Below are positions 1 through 9,026 of a stretch of DNA of 64,000 bases, in pieces. Both the position numbers and the translations under genes were made by a program. Origin of the DNA: Candidatus Sumerlaeota bacterium (GTDB lineage: Bacteria; Sumerlaeota; Sumerlaeia; SLMS01); the NCBI GenBank assembly GCA_020848155.1, contig JADLAR010000007.1:32826-96825 (forward strand). Direction: 5' to 3'. How positions within the stretch are numbered: the stretch's first letter is position 1; each line of letters starts with the position of its first letter. The notes below the pieces were generated by a model that had not been told where the DNA came from, did not search any database, and worked only from the letters and a program-made list of their open reading frames with translations.

Positions 1-1546
1 GCGGATCGAGTTCCTGCACGCGCCGCTGCTAGACCTGATTGGCGAAGCGACGGCCATCGTGCGGGAGCAGGGTGAGGAGCATTATTTCCCGGAGCGTGTG
101 GCGTCGGACGACGGGGCGACGTACCGGCTGCTGGCGGCGGGGCTGAGCGCGGGGATTGAGGCGCTGGAGTCGCCCGCGGTCCGGCGGAAGCTGCGGCAGG
201 GGCAGCCAGCCGACCTGCACAGCCTGATCCGGTTGCTGGTTTCAACGGACAGGAAGCGGTCGGAGGACACGCTGGACCTTGGGACGATCCTGCTGTGCCA
301 CGTGGCGGCGGCGATCAAGGCATCGCGGCCACTGCCGTTCTATGCGGCGGCGCTGGGGCAGGCGAGCGGCAATCCGCGGCGCATGGCGCTGTTGCTGGAG
401 GAGGTGCGGCAGCGGGGAATCCAACTGCTGAACGTGGACGTGAATTACAGTGATGCACGGTGGAGCGTGGAGCGGGATGCGCTTCGCGCTGGGTTCGACG
501 CGGTACGGGTGATGACGGCGGCGGCTTCGCGCGACATCATCGCGGCGCGGAAGGAAATGCACTTCAGCAGCCTGACGGATTTTTGCAATCGCACGGATCG
601 CCACCGGCTGAAGCCCCATCAGGTGCGGGCCTTGATGAAGGCGGCGGCGTTTGACGGGCTGGGCACGGTGCGTGGTGAGTTGCAGCAACAATTGGATGAA
701 ATCTTTCCGAGGGCTTCCGCGCGGCGCGCTGCGGACGGGGATGCGGGGTTCTTCGATCGCGAGGCTGGGTGGTGGACGCGTGAAACGGCACCGGACGATG
801 GGGAGAACGTCATCGTGCCGGAAGCGCACGCGGAGGATCTTGCGGCCCAGCAGGTGGAGTCGTGCGGGTTCGCCCTTCATGATGAGGTGACGAGGGAGGA
901 AGAGAGGTTTTTCAAGGGGGCGCGCATCGTCGAGGCGGACCGCATCCACCAGAAGCTGAACTTGCAGGTGACGACGCTGGCGGGAATGATCACGCTGGTG
1001 CAGGATGATCCGGGTGCGCGGGGCAGCGTGCTGCTGGACGTGGATGGTTGCCTCGTCCGCGCGCGCGGGGCGGCGGCGAAGCTGCTCGCGTCGGACGGGT
1101 ATGTGGGAAAGCGCGCGTTGTGCACGGGGATGCTCACGCGCGAGGCGTTCCAGTGGATCATGGATGCGGAGTCGGTGTGCCTGCTGGAGGAGGCGTTGCT
1201 GCTTTCAGAGCGGACGACGTCGTTGTCGCTGGATTTGTCGAACACGCCGGAAAGTGCGCTGAAGCCGCTGGTGGCGCTGCTGAAGGCATTTCCCGGAAAG
1301 TCACAGGTTTCGATGCAGTGGATGCCGGTGCGCCAGGCGCGCGTGCATCACGCCATCGCGGAGCGGGGCGTGCTGCTGTGTCCGTTGTTGCAACAGGGCC
1401 TTGATACGCTGGTGGGTGCAACAGCGTGGCGCGCTGATGACACGCCACGCGAACGGCAGAGCCGCGCGGAGGTGATGATCTCCATGCTCGGCAGGCGTGT
1501 GCCGGTGTTGCAGCGGTTGCTGCCGGGGAAGAAGAGCGCCGCGTAG
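1..1546 (+). CDS. dnaE: DNA polymerase III alpha subunit (DnaE or error-prone DnaE2-type), C-terminal portion; the ORF is open to the window start so the N-terminus is missing
   Basis: The translation shows ...LLEEVRQRGIQLLNVDVNYSDARWSVE...GFDAVRVMT...HFSSLTDFCNRTDRHRLKPHQVRALMKAAAFDGLG. This aligns with the E. coli DnaE region ...GLKILPPDINSGLYHFHV...[36 protein letters not shown] (the HhH/OB-fold neighbourhood). The frame continues upstream of the annotated Met with no stop back to position 2. Confidence 0.8.
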   Translation, partial: RIEFLHAPLLDLIGEATAIVREQGEEHYFPERVASDDGATYRLLAAGLSAGIEALESPAVRRKLRQGQPADLHSLIRLLVSTDRKRSEDTLDLGTILLCHVAAAIKASRPLPFYAAALGQASGNPRRMALLLEEVRQRGIQLLNVDVNYSDARWSVERDALRAGFDAVRVMTAAASRDIIAARKEMHFSSLTDFCNRTDRHRLKPHQVRALMKAAAFDGLGTVRGELQQQLDEIFPRASARRAADGDAGFFDREAGWWTRETAPDDGENVIVPEAHAEDLAAQQVESCGFALHDEVTREEERFFKGARIVEADRIHQKLNLQVTTLAGMITLVQDDPGARGSVLLDVDGCLVRARGAAAKLLASDGYVGKRALCTGMLTREAFQWIMDAESVCLLEEALLLSERTTSLSLDLSNTPESALKPLVALLKAFPGKSQVSMQWMPVRQARVHHAIAERGVLLCPLLQQGLDTLVGATAWRADDTPRERQSRAEVMISMLGRRVPVLQRLLPGKKSAA

Positions 1547-1563
1547 GGATTCGCGGGCGTGTG

Positions 1564-3222
1564 CTACCTTCTCATGCGCGCAAGGATTGATTGGGCGGCG
1601 ATGCGGCCGGTTTCGGCGGCGCCGTTCATGAAGCCTTGGAAGTCCATGCTACAATGTTCGCCAGCGAAGTAGACGTTGCCGACGGTTTGCGCTTCGGTGC
1701 CGCGGATGGTCGTCCACTGGCCGGGGCGGTAGGCGGCGTAGCTTCCCTTCATGGTGGGGTAGGTGGGCCAGTGGAAGCGCTCGACCCTGCCATTGTAGGA
1801 CTGCTGCACGCCGTTGAATGTGAGATCGAGTTCGGACAGGTATTTCTGGGCGAGGACGTTGAGGTCCGTCTTGCCAATGGCGAGGGCGTTTTTTCCACCG
1901 GAGTAGCAGGTGAGGCCGCCGGCGATGCTGCCCTGGCCCCGGCCGTTGTCCCAGGCAAGCTGGTAGCTTTGGCTTGTATAGACACTGCCTGAATAGCCCT
2001 GCTTGCGCCAGGGGCGGTCAATGAAGCCGAGGAAGACCTTGCTGTTCATGCCATAGCCGAGTTCGGCGATTGCGCGCTTCTTGATGGAAGGCATGTCGTC
2101 GATGAGGACTTCGACCTCGCGGAGCTTGGTGAAGGGGAGCGCGAGGATGACGACTTCCGCGGCGACCATTTTCGCGGTGCCGTTTTGTGTGCGGAAGACG
2201 AGTGAGTAGCCGTCGGCCTTGCTGCGGATGGATTCGAGGGTCTGGCTCGTGCTGATCTGGCCGCCAAGGGCACCCGCAAGGGCACTGATGATCTGGTCGT
2301 TGCCCCCCTTGATCTTGTAGCGCTCGTCGCTCTCGCCGAAGATTTCGAAGTCGTCCAGGCTGGAATCGGTGCCGATCATTGTGAGCAGGTTGAGGGCGGA
2401 TTGCTCCGTTGCATCGAGGCCAAATTCCGTGACGTAGGCCGTTTCGAGCAGCTTGCGCAGCCAGCCGGTGACGCCGAGTTTTCCGAGATAGGTGGAGAGG
2501 GACAGGTTGTCGATCCTCTTCGCTTCGCCGGGGTCGGCGGCGCTGATGACTTCGGGAAGGAGGCCGCGATCCAGCTCCAGCAGCGAGGCGATGGGGCGGA
2601 AAGCCTCGACGACTTCCGATGTGGAGTAGGTCAGGCCATCGACTTCGTACATCGTGGCGAAAATCTTCTCGTCGTCGGATTGCATGTCGAGGAGTTGGAG
2701 GTTGAATTCGCCGACGAGTGCGAGCAGGTCCTCGTGGTTGCTATCAATGAATTCACCGCCCATCTCGGTCGTCAGGTCCGGGGAAAGAAGCCCGGTGCGC
2801 GAATAGATGCGGCCTCCTGTGCGCGTGGAGGCATCGAACACCTGGGCGATGATGCCATTCTTCTTGAGCGTGTGGGCGGCGGCAAGGCCTGCGAGGCCGG
2901 CGCCGACGATGGCGATGCGAGGGGCACCGGAGAGTGCGGAGTCGATGGTCGCGATGTTGGATTTTTTTGCGAAGCAGCCGGACAGGGTGCCGGTCCCGGT
3001 GGCAAGAGTTGCGATGGCACCGGCCTTTAACAGGTCACGCCGGGTGGGGCGCCACTGCTGGCGCTGCCCGATGAGCTCGGGGGTGGAGACTCCGCGATGG
3101 TTTGCGAGTTGCGCCATTCGGCAGGCGCGGCGCAGTGCGCGAAAAAGCGGGGTGCGAGACATGGAGTGCCGACTTTCAAACGATGATGCCGCAAGGGTCT
3201 TTGACTGGCGGGAGCGCTGCAA
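1564..3222 (-). CDS. Periplasmic FAD-dependent amine oxidase (flavin-containing monoamine-oxidase family) with a Tat signal peptide
   Basis: There is a twin-arginine motif (RRDLLKAGAIATLATG). A Rossmann dinucleotide-binding motif (IAIVGAGLAGLAAAHTLKKNG) follows it. The C-terminal motif FAGEHCSMDFQGFMNGAAETG is typical of amine oxidases. The true start may be an internal Met (M21 or M36). Confidence 0.75.
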   Translation of the reverse strand: MQRSRQSKTLAASSFESRHSMSRTPLFRALRRACRMAQLANHRGVSTPELIGQRQQWRPTRRDLLKAGAIATLATGTGTLSGCFAKKSNIATIDSALSGAPRIAIVGAGLAGLAAAHTLKKNGIIAQVFDASTRTGGRIYSRTGLLSPDLTTEMGGEFIDSNHEDLLALVGEFNLQLLDMQSDDEKIFATMYEVDGLTYSTSEVVEAFRPIASLLELDRGLLPEVISAADPGEAKRIDNLSLSTYLGKLGVTGWLRKLLETAYVTEFGLDATEQSALNLLTMIGTDSSLDDFEIFGESDERYKIKGGNDQIISALAGALGGQISTSQTLESIRSKADGYSLVFRTQNGTAKMVAAEVVILALPFTKLREVEVLIDDMPSIKKRAIAELGYGMNSKVFLGFIDRPWRKQGYSGSVYTSQSYQLAWDNGRGQGSIAGGLTCYSGGKNALAIGKTDLNVLAQKYLSELDLTFNGVQQSYNGRVERFHWPTYPTMKGSYAAYRPGQWTTIRGTEAQTVGNVYFAGEHCSMDFQGFMNGAAETGRIAAQSILARMRR

Positions 3223-3309
3223 GGGGAAGAGGTCGTGGAAGGACAGGTTCCCGTGATGGGAGATGTGCTTGTCCTGCTGCGTGCCTGCCTGCTGGTGGAA
3301 TGTGGGTGA

Positions 3310-4458
3310 TCAGCCGCGACCGATGGCGAGGGAGGAGGCGCGGACGATGAGTTCGGCGGGCTGAAGGAGTTGGGCTTCCTTGGGGTGGCCGCCGTTGGTG
3401 ACTTCAAGGAAGAGACGGGCGGCGTTGCGGCCAACGGCTTCGCCGTCATGAGTGACGGTGGTGAGAGGGGGATTCATCGCGATGGAGAGGGGGTGATTGC
3501 CGAAGCCGACGACCTCCATGTCGCGGGGCACGGAAAGGCCGACGTCCATGAGGCCGCGCAGGGCGCCGGCGGCGATGTCGTCGCTGCTGCAGAAGAGTGC
3601 GGTGGGGCGATCCGCGCTGGTGCAGGCTGCCATCAGCTTGTGGACGGCGCGGCGGCCGGTTTCAAAGCCGCGCAGGAAGTCGCAGCGGACGATGTGCAGG
3701 GGATTGATCTCCAGGCCGGAGCGATTGAGGGCGTGGGTGTAGCCCTCCTCGCGAAGGTCGGCGTCGCGTTGTCCCTGTTCGCAGACGAGGGCGCCGATGC
3801 GGGTGTGGCCATTCTTGACGATGTGCATTGTGGCAAGCTCTGCACCGAGGAGGTTTTCCGTGCCGCTGGCCATGATGCCGTCCCACTGCTCCCAGGAACG
3901 TTCGGGGTAGGCGTTGACGAGGACGGTGGCCGTGGGACTTTTCTGGATGACCTCGACAAGTTGCTCGGTGATGTAGTTGGTGAGGAACAGGAGGCCCGCG
4001 AGACGGGGGTCGGCGAGGACCTTGCGCATGGTGGCGGGGACGAGGGAGGGCTGGTGGTAGGAGGCGACAAGGAGGCGGATGCCCTGCTGGCCAAGTTCTT
4101 CGTCGATGGACTGGAGGACGTCGAGGTTGCCGTCGGTGCGGAGAACGGAGAGGTTGGGAACCATGAGGGCCGCCATGTCAGGCTTGCCGGTGCGGAGGGC
4201 GCGGGCGGCGGAGTTTGGAACGTAGCCGAGTTCGGAGGCGGCTTTCTGGACCTGTTGGCGCAGTGTGAGCGAGATGCGGGGGTTGTCCGCCAAGGCGCGG
4301 GAAACGGATGCCGGCGAGACTCCAAGTTTCCTGCCGATGTCGTGGAGCGTGGGCTTTTTCAAGTGTGCAAAACCGGGTGAAATAAGGCGCAAGGCCCAAG
4401 GTTTGCGAAGGGGTTGTGCAAAGCGCAAATGCTTTTTGCGCTTTGGTGTGGGGTGCAA
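3310..4458 (-). CDS. LacI-family transcriptional regulator
   Basis: An N-terminal HTH (KKPTLHDIGRKLGVSPASVSRALADNPRISLTLRQQVQKAASELGYVPNSAARALR) is followed by a periplasmic-binding-protein-like domain. The real start is probably the TTG at about 4362 (LKKPTL...), because the ORF-track start adds about 32 unlikely residues. It lies directly upstream of the amine oxidase on the same strand. Confidence 0.75.
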   Translation of the reverse strand: MHPTPKRKKHLRFAQPLRKPWALRLISPGFAHLKKPTLHDIGRKLGVSPASVSRALADNPRISLTLRQQVQKAASELGYVPNSAARALRTGKPDMAALMVPNLSVLRTDGNLDVLQSIDEELGQQGIRLLVASYHQPSLVPATMRKVLADPRLAGLLFLTNYITEQLVEVIQKSPTATVLVNAYPERSWEQWDGIMASGTENLLGAELATMHIVKNGHTRIGALVCEQGQRDADLREEGYTHALNRSGLEINPLHIVRCDFLRGFETGRRAVHKLMAACTSADRPTALFCSSDDIAAGALRGLMDVGLSVPRDMEVVGFGNHPLSIAMNPPLTTVTHDGEAVGRNAARLFLEVTNGGHPKEAQLLQPAELIVRASSLAIGRG

Positions 4459-4460
4459 AA

Positions 4461-5204
4461 TCAGGAAGGCGTTTGCCCAACAACGATGCAGCGCGGGCTG
4501 TGGTGAATGGAAAAGGGGTTTGCGGAGTAATCCCCCCAGCGTTGCACAATGCTCATTCCCTGAGCTACAAGGAGCTGTTCAAGCTCCTGACAGGAGTAGA
4601 GGCGAACGCTTTCATGGTAGGTGGTGCCGGAGGGTTCCTCGACCTGTTTTTCGGCGCGCCTGCCGTCGGGGGTGAGGTGGCGGTGAATCCTTGCGACGGT
4701 TCCGTTGGGGCGAGCTTCGGTCTGCCATTCCGTATTGCATGCAAGTTTCTTCCCGACCAGGTGGGCGTTGAGGAAGTCGAGGAGGAACCAGCCGCCGGGT
4801 TGAAGGATGCGTGCGACCTCGGCAACGACGCGGCTGTTTTCCTCGTCGCTTTCGAAGTAGCCGAAGGCGGTGAAGAAATTCGTGACGAGTTGAAAGGAGG
4901 AGGGGGCAAAGGGGAGTGCGCGCATGTCGAGGCGAACGATGCGTGAGTTTGGAGCGGATGCCTCGCGCAGGAGGGGGAGGGAGAGGTCGCCGCCGATGAT
5001 GTTGAGACCCAGTTGGGCGAGAAAAGGGAGGTGACGGCCTGCACCGCAGCAGAGGTCGAAGGCGGGTGCGCCGGGGGTGAGGGGGAGGTTGCAAAGAAGC
5101 CGGACGCTGCGGGCGGCCTCGGCCTCGTCACGATGGGCGTATCGGTCGAGGTAGGCCGCGTCGAAGGCGTGTTCGTACCATTTTTTCTTTGCGGAGTGGG
5201 GCAA
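4461..5204 (-). CDS. Class I SAM-dependent methyltransferase
   Basis: The C-terminal 245 residues of the 698-aa ORF carry motif I (DLCCGAGRHLPFLAQLGLNIIGGDLS) and the post-I acidic (RLDMRALPF) and LQPGGWFLLDF motifs. The N-terminal 450 aa of that ORF is a P/S/T-rich out-of-frame overlap with the neighbouring gene. The proposed start is the TTG at 5204 (MPHSAKKKWYEHAF...). Confidence 0.7.
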   Translation of the reverse strand: MPHSAKKKWYEHAFDAAYLDRYAHRDEAEAARSVRLLCNLPLTPGAPAFDLCCGAGRHLPFLAQLGLNIIGGDLSLPLLREASAPNSRIVRLDMRALPFAPSSFQLVTNFFTAFGYFESDEENSRVVAEVARILQPGGWFLLDFLNAHLVGKKLACNTEWQTEARPNGTVARIHRHLTPDGRRAEKQVEEPSGTTYHESVRLYSCQELEQLLVAQGMSIVQRWGDYSANPFSIHHSPRCIVVGQTPS

Positions 5205-5226
5205 GGTGTTGGACCGGGCGGCGTGC

Positions 5227-6657
5227 TCAGGAATGGGTGCCTGGAGGGCGGCGTTTCCGGGAATGATGGACGCGTTGCGTGCGCGCAAGCAATCGGCGTT
5301 CGCGCCTTGCAAGATCGTTGAGGGCTGAGGACAGGACCTTCGATGGGTCCAGGCCGCGGAGGGATGCAAGGTCGGCTTCGAGTTCGACCTGCCTGCGGCA
5401 TTGGGAAACGAGGGCGAGGGCGGCGGCGGGGTCCCTGCGGATGTGTTCCTCGTATTTTGCTGTTTCGATCCAGGCGGGAAGGGACTGGGCGATGGGGCGG
5501 GTGCGCAGGTGGTGGAGGATTTCGAGGGCTTGGGGCCAGGCGCGGCGGCGCTTGTGCAGTGCGGCAAGCCTTGCAAGGAGTTCCGGTTCGCGATCGCGGT
5601 CGTTGTTGATTTCGAGCGCGCGTGTGATGGCGAGGGCTGCGCTGTCGAGGTCGTGGGATTTTGCGAAGCGGCGGGCGGCGGAGGCGAATTCTTCCGGATG
5701 ATTGAGGAGTCCGTGGCCGAAGGGGTTGTTCTCAATGAGGGTGAGGTGGCTGAGCAGCGCACCAAGGGTGATGATGTCCTGGGCGTTGTGGTCCAGCACG
5801 GCAGGCATGCGATCCGCGCGGCCTGTGCGGGCGAAGTGAAAGAAGACGCCGGGGATGAGCGCGCTGTCCAGGTCCGGTCCGCGATCAATGCCGAGGATCT
5901 GCTTTTCCACGGTCTTGAGTGACACGGATTCGAGCATCCTGCGCCACCAGCGGCGTGAGGAGTGGAGCAGGTCGATGTGCTTGAGGCGGAAATGCGCGGG
6001 GGGGATGCGGTGGAGAATGCCGCGGGCGCGGAGGAGTGGGAGGTCGAAGGTCTTGCCGTTGTAGGTGCATACTGCGCGGAACCGGGAGAGCCGCGTGACG
6101 AGGCGTTCGAGCATGTCGCCTTCGTGGCAGAAATCCTCGATGAGGTATTGCTCAAGGCGGAAGTGCCAGCCGCCCGTTGCCGTGTCATGCTCCCAGTTTC
6201 CAAGGCCGACGAGGAAGGGGACGGTGCCGGTGCCGCCCATGAGGCCGGTGGTTTCCGTGTCGAGAAAACAGATGTCGGTGGTGGTGAGTGGCTGGACGTC
6301 GGCGGTGATTTCGGTGCTGAGTGCGTGCAGGACGGGAGCGGCGATGGGATGCGTGGTGGCGCCGGTGACGGGGTGGGGGAGGGAATACTTGTGGTCGGTG
6401 GCTTCGCCGCGGGGGATGGTGATGGAGCGGAAAAGTGTCTGGCCGTGCTCACCGCGAATGACGCGCAGGTCGGGGATTTCGTCCAGCAGGTGCTGTTGCC
6501 TGGGTGGTTCGAGTTCCTTCCGGCGAAAGAATTCGGAGCCGTTGACAATGCCGTCATACTTGCCGGAGCGCAGGTCGTCGATGATCCTGTTTCGAGTTGC
6601 CTTGCGCTGATCGAGGGCCTTGAGGCGCTGCTGTAGGGAGGTGGGGGGAAGGCTCAT
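5227..6657 (-). CDS. YprB-like predicted exonuclease of the RNase H fold (COG3359) with a C-terminal helical/TPR-like extension
   Basis: It carries an ICFLDTETTGL motif (the metal-binding Asp/Glu of RNase-H-like 3'-5' exonucleases) and ...VCTYNGKTFDLPLL... The start was chosen at internal Met 28 (MSLPPTSLQQRLKAL) at 6657, because the ORF-track start at 6738 adds a P/S-rich leader. Confidence 0.6.
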   Translation of the reverse strand: MSLPPTSLQQRLKALDQRKATRNRIIDDLRSGKYDGIVNGSEFFRRKELEPPRQQHLLDEIPDLRVIRGEHGQTLFRSITIPRGEATDHKYSLPHPVTGATTHPIAAPVLHALSTEITADVQPLTTTDICFLDTETTGLMGGTGTVPFLVGLGNWEHDTATGGWHFRLEQYLIEDFCHEGDMLERLVTRLSRFRAVCTYNGKTFDLPLLRARGILHRIPPAHFRLKHIDLLHSSRRWWRRMLESVSLKTVEKQILGIDRGPDLDSALIPGVFFHFARTGRADRMPAVLDHNAQDIITLGALLSHLTLIENNPFGHGLLNHPEEFASAARRFAKSHDLDSAALAITRALEINNDRDREPELLARLAALHKRRRAWPQALEILHHLRTRPIAQSLPAWIETAKYEEHIRRDPAAALALVSQCRRQVELEADLASLRGLDPSKVLSSALNDLARRERRLLARTQRVHHSRKRRPPGTHS

Positions 6658-6856
6658 GGAGGGAACGGATGCTGATTGTGGGGAAGGAAATGCGAAACAG
6701 GGATGTCGCGGCAATGGAAATTCCCGGAATGAAATCAAGATGGGGAGCGATTAGGCTTTACCTTGTGGCGCTGTGGCGGCGCGGTTAAGTGCATGAGATG
6801 GAATGAAGCAGCGGCGATGATGCCGCGCCTTCGAACTTTGCGGGAGTGCGTACGCC

Positions 6857-7423
6857 ATGCGGCTGACCTTTAAACTGAGCCTGACCACACTTTTCGCTGC
6901 TCTGGTGTTGTTTGCAGCAGGCTGCGCCAAGGGACCAAAGCCGCAGATCACGGATCAGGATTCGTACCAGGAAGTTTCGATTGGGCCGATCCATTATCAG
7001 GTGCGCGAAGGCACGACGGTTTCAAGGAAGGGGCCGGGATTCGTGGAGCATTCGTCCGATCGGCTGCCGGGCTTGAAGATTCGTGTGGAGTACGATTCGA
7101 ATCCGCCGGTGAGCCTGAAGCGGGACGCGGATGTTGCGGAGCGGCGGTTCCTGCGGCAGATCGCGAAAAATTCGTGGCTGCGCAGCACGCAGTACGACGT
7201 GGTGGACAACAAGGAGGTGCTGAAGTGCTTCGTGGAGGGAGAGACGAAGGACAAGCAGCACGTGTACGGGTCGATGATGATGCTGCGGAACCAGAACAAC
7301 AAGACGGCGCGCATCATCGTGCAGGGGCCGTTCGAAATGCGCAGTAACATCGAGCGGGTGATGAACCGCATTGCGGAGAACATCGTGGTCGGCAACGAGG
7401 CGGTCGTCACCGCGAAGAAGTAA
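6857..7423 (+). CDS. Hypothetical lipoprotein
   Basis: It has a signal peptide with a lipobox (LVLFAAGCAKG). No recognisable domain was found. Confidence 0.55.
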   Translation: MRLTFKLSLTTLFAALVLFAAGCAKGPKPQITDQDSYQEVSIGPIHYQVREGTTVSRKGPGFVEHSSDRLPGLKIRVEYDSNPPVSLKRDADVAERRFLRQIAKNSWLRSTQYDVVDNKEVLKCFVEGETKDKQHVYGSMMMLRNQNNKTARIIVQGPFEMRSNIERVMNRIAENIVVGNEAVVTAKK

Positions 7424-7476
7424 GACCGAACAAGCCAAAAAAAAGAATCGCGGGAAGGCGGGCGAGGATGGGCCGT

Positions 7477-7496
7477 TGTGTCTAGATGTCTAGACA
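7477..7496. promoter_or_regulatory. Inverted repeat GTGTCTAGA-tg-TCTAGACAC between two convergent genes
   Basis: The sequence shows 9-bp perfect inverted arms with a 2-bp spacer in the 98-bp gap between the lipoprotein gene end (7423) and the manA end (7522). No T-run follows on either strand, so it is more likely a protein-binding palindrome than an intrinsic terminator. Confidence 0.4.
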
Positions 7497-7521
7497 CGCG
7501 TGGGTCCTTGTTTTCCCGAGG

Positions 7522-8514
7522 CTACAATTCCCTGCTGATGGTGCGGAGGATGCGCAGGCCCGTGGCGTTTGCCTGAAGGGCCAGGGGGGAGGAAAGGGAT
7601 GCGGGCAGGTAGAAGGTGTCGCCGAGGCCGAGTGGTTCGCTCCAGCGGGCGCCGCGAAGTTTTCCGCAGCCACCGACGACGTTGATGATGGCTCCCGTTT
7701 CGTGTGCGAGGGGAAGGTGTGCGTCCTGGCTGGCGGCGACGTCGTGGCGGGTGATGGAGAAAAATTCGTTCTCAAATGTTGAGGAGGAATTGCCGGAGCC
7801 GATGCCGCCGAATTTTTCAACGGAGGCGCGCACGTCGCGGTCCCAGTCGGTGACGTGCATGGATTCCTCGATGTGCAGGGCGCGCGCGGGCCTGCGGTCC
7901 CAATCGTAGAGGCGGAAGGTCGTGTTGGAGGATTGCTGGATTTCGCAGACAAGGGTGCCTGCCATCATGGCGTGGACGGTGCCGGGTGGGAGGGGGATGA
8001 AGTCGCCGGCTTCGAGGCGCCATTCCTGAAGGATGTCGCGGAGGTTGTTCCGGGCGATGGCGTGGCGCGCGGCTGCTTCCGTGGTGCCGGGTCGATATCC
8101 GGCAATGATGGTGGCCTGCGGATCAGCGTGCATGACGTACCAGGATTCGCTCTTGCCGCGGTCTTCATGATTGTGGGCGCGACACCAATCGTCGCCGGGA
8201 TGAACCTGGATGGAAAGGTCGTCGGCGGCGTCGATGTATTTGACACGGAGGGGGTAGCGGGCTGGGGCGTGCTCGCGGCCGATCATCTCGCGGGGGTGGG
8301 AGCGGAGGACTTCGCCGAAGGTCCTTCCATTGAGGTCGCGATCTGCGGAGATGATGCGCGAGGGGCCGTCGGGATGATCGGACAGCTCCCACGATTCGCC
8401 AAAGGGTTGCGGGGAGGGGGGGAGGTTCTTGTGCAGGACTGTTTGCAGCTTCGTCCCGCCCCAGGGTCGGGGTGACAGGTGGGGCTGGAGGCGGATGGGT
8501 GTTTGAAAATTCAT
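7522..8514 (-). CDS. manA: Mannose-6-phosphate isomerase, class I
   Basis: The type I PMI signature includes ...YPLRVKYIDAADDLSIQVHPGDDWCRAHNHEDRGKSESWYVMHA... (zinc-ligand QVHP/E region) and the cupin C-terminal domain. Confidence 0.8.
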   Translation of the reverse strand: MNFQTPIRLQPHLSPRPWGGTKLQTVLHKNLPPSPQPFGESWELSDHPDGPSRIISADRDLNGRTFGEVLRSHPREMIGREHAPARYPLRVKYIDAADDLSIQVHPGDDWCRAHNHEDRGKSESWYVMHADPQATIIAGYRPGTTEAAARHAIARNNLRDILQEWRLEAGDFIPLPPGTVHAMMAGTLVCEIQQSSNTTFRLYDWDRRPARALHIEESMHVTDWDRDVRASVEKFGGIGSGNSSSTFENEFFSITRHDVAASQDAHLPLAHETGAIINVVGGCGKLRGARWSEPLGLGDTFYLPASLSSPLALQANATGLRILRTISREL

Positions 8515-8688
8515 GGGGTGAAGCGGTTAGTCGGTGATGGGTGAGCGGTGATAGGGAAAAACGGGAGACTTGGGGTGGATTCGTGAATGAGGGCTGACAA
8601 GAGGGAGTGGCGGGGCCTTGCGGCGAAAACCACCCAGGTATTTTAGGCGGTGAGGTGAGGTCTTACCGTGAAGGAATAGGGCCGGCGA

Positions 8689-8715
8689 TGCCATATATGG
8701 CACTTTGATATATCA
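8689..8715. promoter_or_regulatory. Two adjacent perfect 12-bp palindromes, GCCATATATGGC (8689-8700) and TTGATATATCAA (8704-8715), in an AT-rich leader
   Basis: Both are visible directly in the sequence. They sit in the about 500-bp AT-rich intergenic region between divergent manA (start 8514) and actA (start 9027). Confidence 0.45.
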
Positions 8716-8930
8716 AAAAGTGCTATTAGGGCACAATCTTTGGTTTTTTTTCTAGAGGAAGAGCTAATAATGTGCAGCATTTCGAGTATTTGTTTAGCCT
8801 CTCCATCGGTTTGTCTGGTTGTCTCTGGGAACGCTGCGCGAAGGAGTTGAACCAAGGGTCTGGGACAGTTTGTTGTTACTGAGTTTACCGCATTGGAGCG
8901 GTAGGCGCTTAAGAGGTCGGGTTTGCAGAT

Positions 8931-8946
8931 TGTGAAATTTTTCACA
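8931..8946. promoter_or_regulatory. CRP/FNR-family consensus site TGTGA-N6-TCACA
   Basis: The 16-mer TGTGAAATTTTTCACA is an exact match to both half-sites of the E. coli CRP consensus. It lies 81 bp upstream of the actA start codon. Confidence 0.55.
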
Positions 8947-9026
8947 AAGGCTGTTGCCAGATTCGACAGCAATGTTCCAAGGTTCGTTCGCGCTCACATC
9001 ATGGATCGTCTGGCAGCAAGCATCGA

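Noticed and set aside
4461-6557. A 698-aa minus-strand ORF with a roughly 450-aa Pro/Ser/Thr-rich N-terminal region.
   Set aside because: The P/S/T-rich part runs out of frame across the YprB-like exonuclease gene (5227-6657), whose translation has clear motifs. Only the C-terminal roughly 245 aa (4461-5204) is a real methyltransferase.
8643-8997. Two minus-strand ORFs (109 and 67 aa) in the AT-rich manA/actA intergenic region.
   Set aside because: They have low-complexity or unremarkable translations and atypical composition. They overlap the putative promoter and CRP-like site of the act operon, and are more likely non-coding regulatory DNA.
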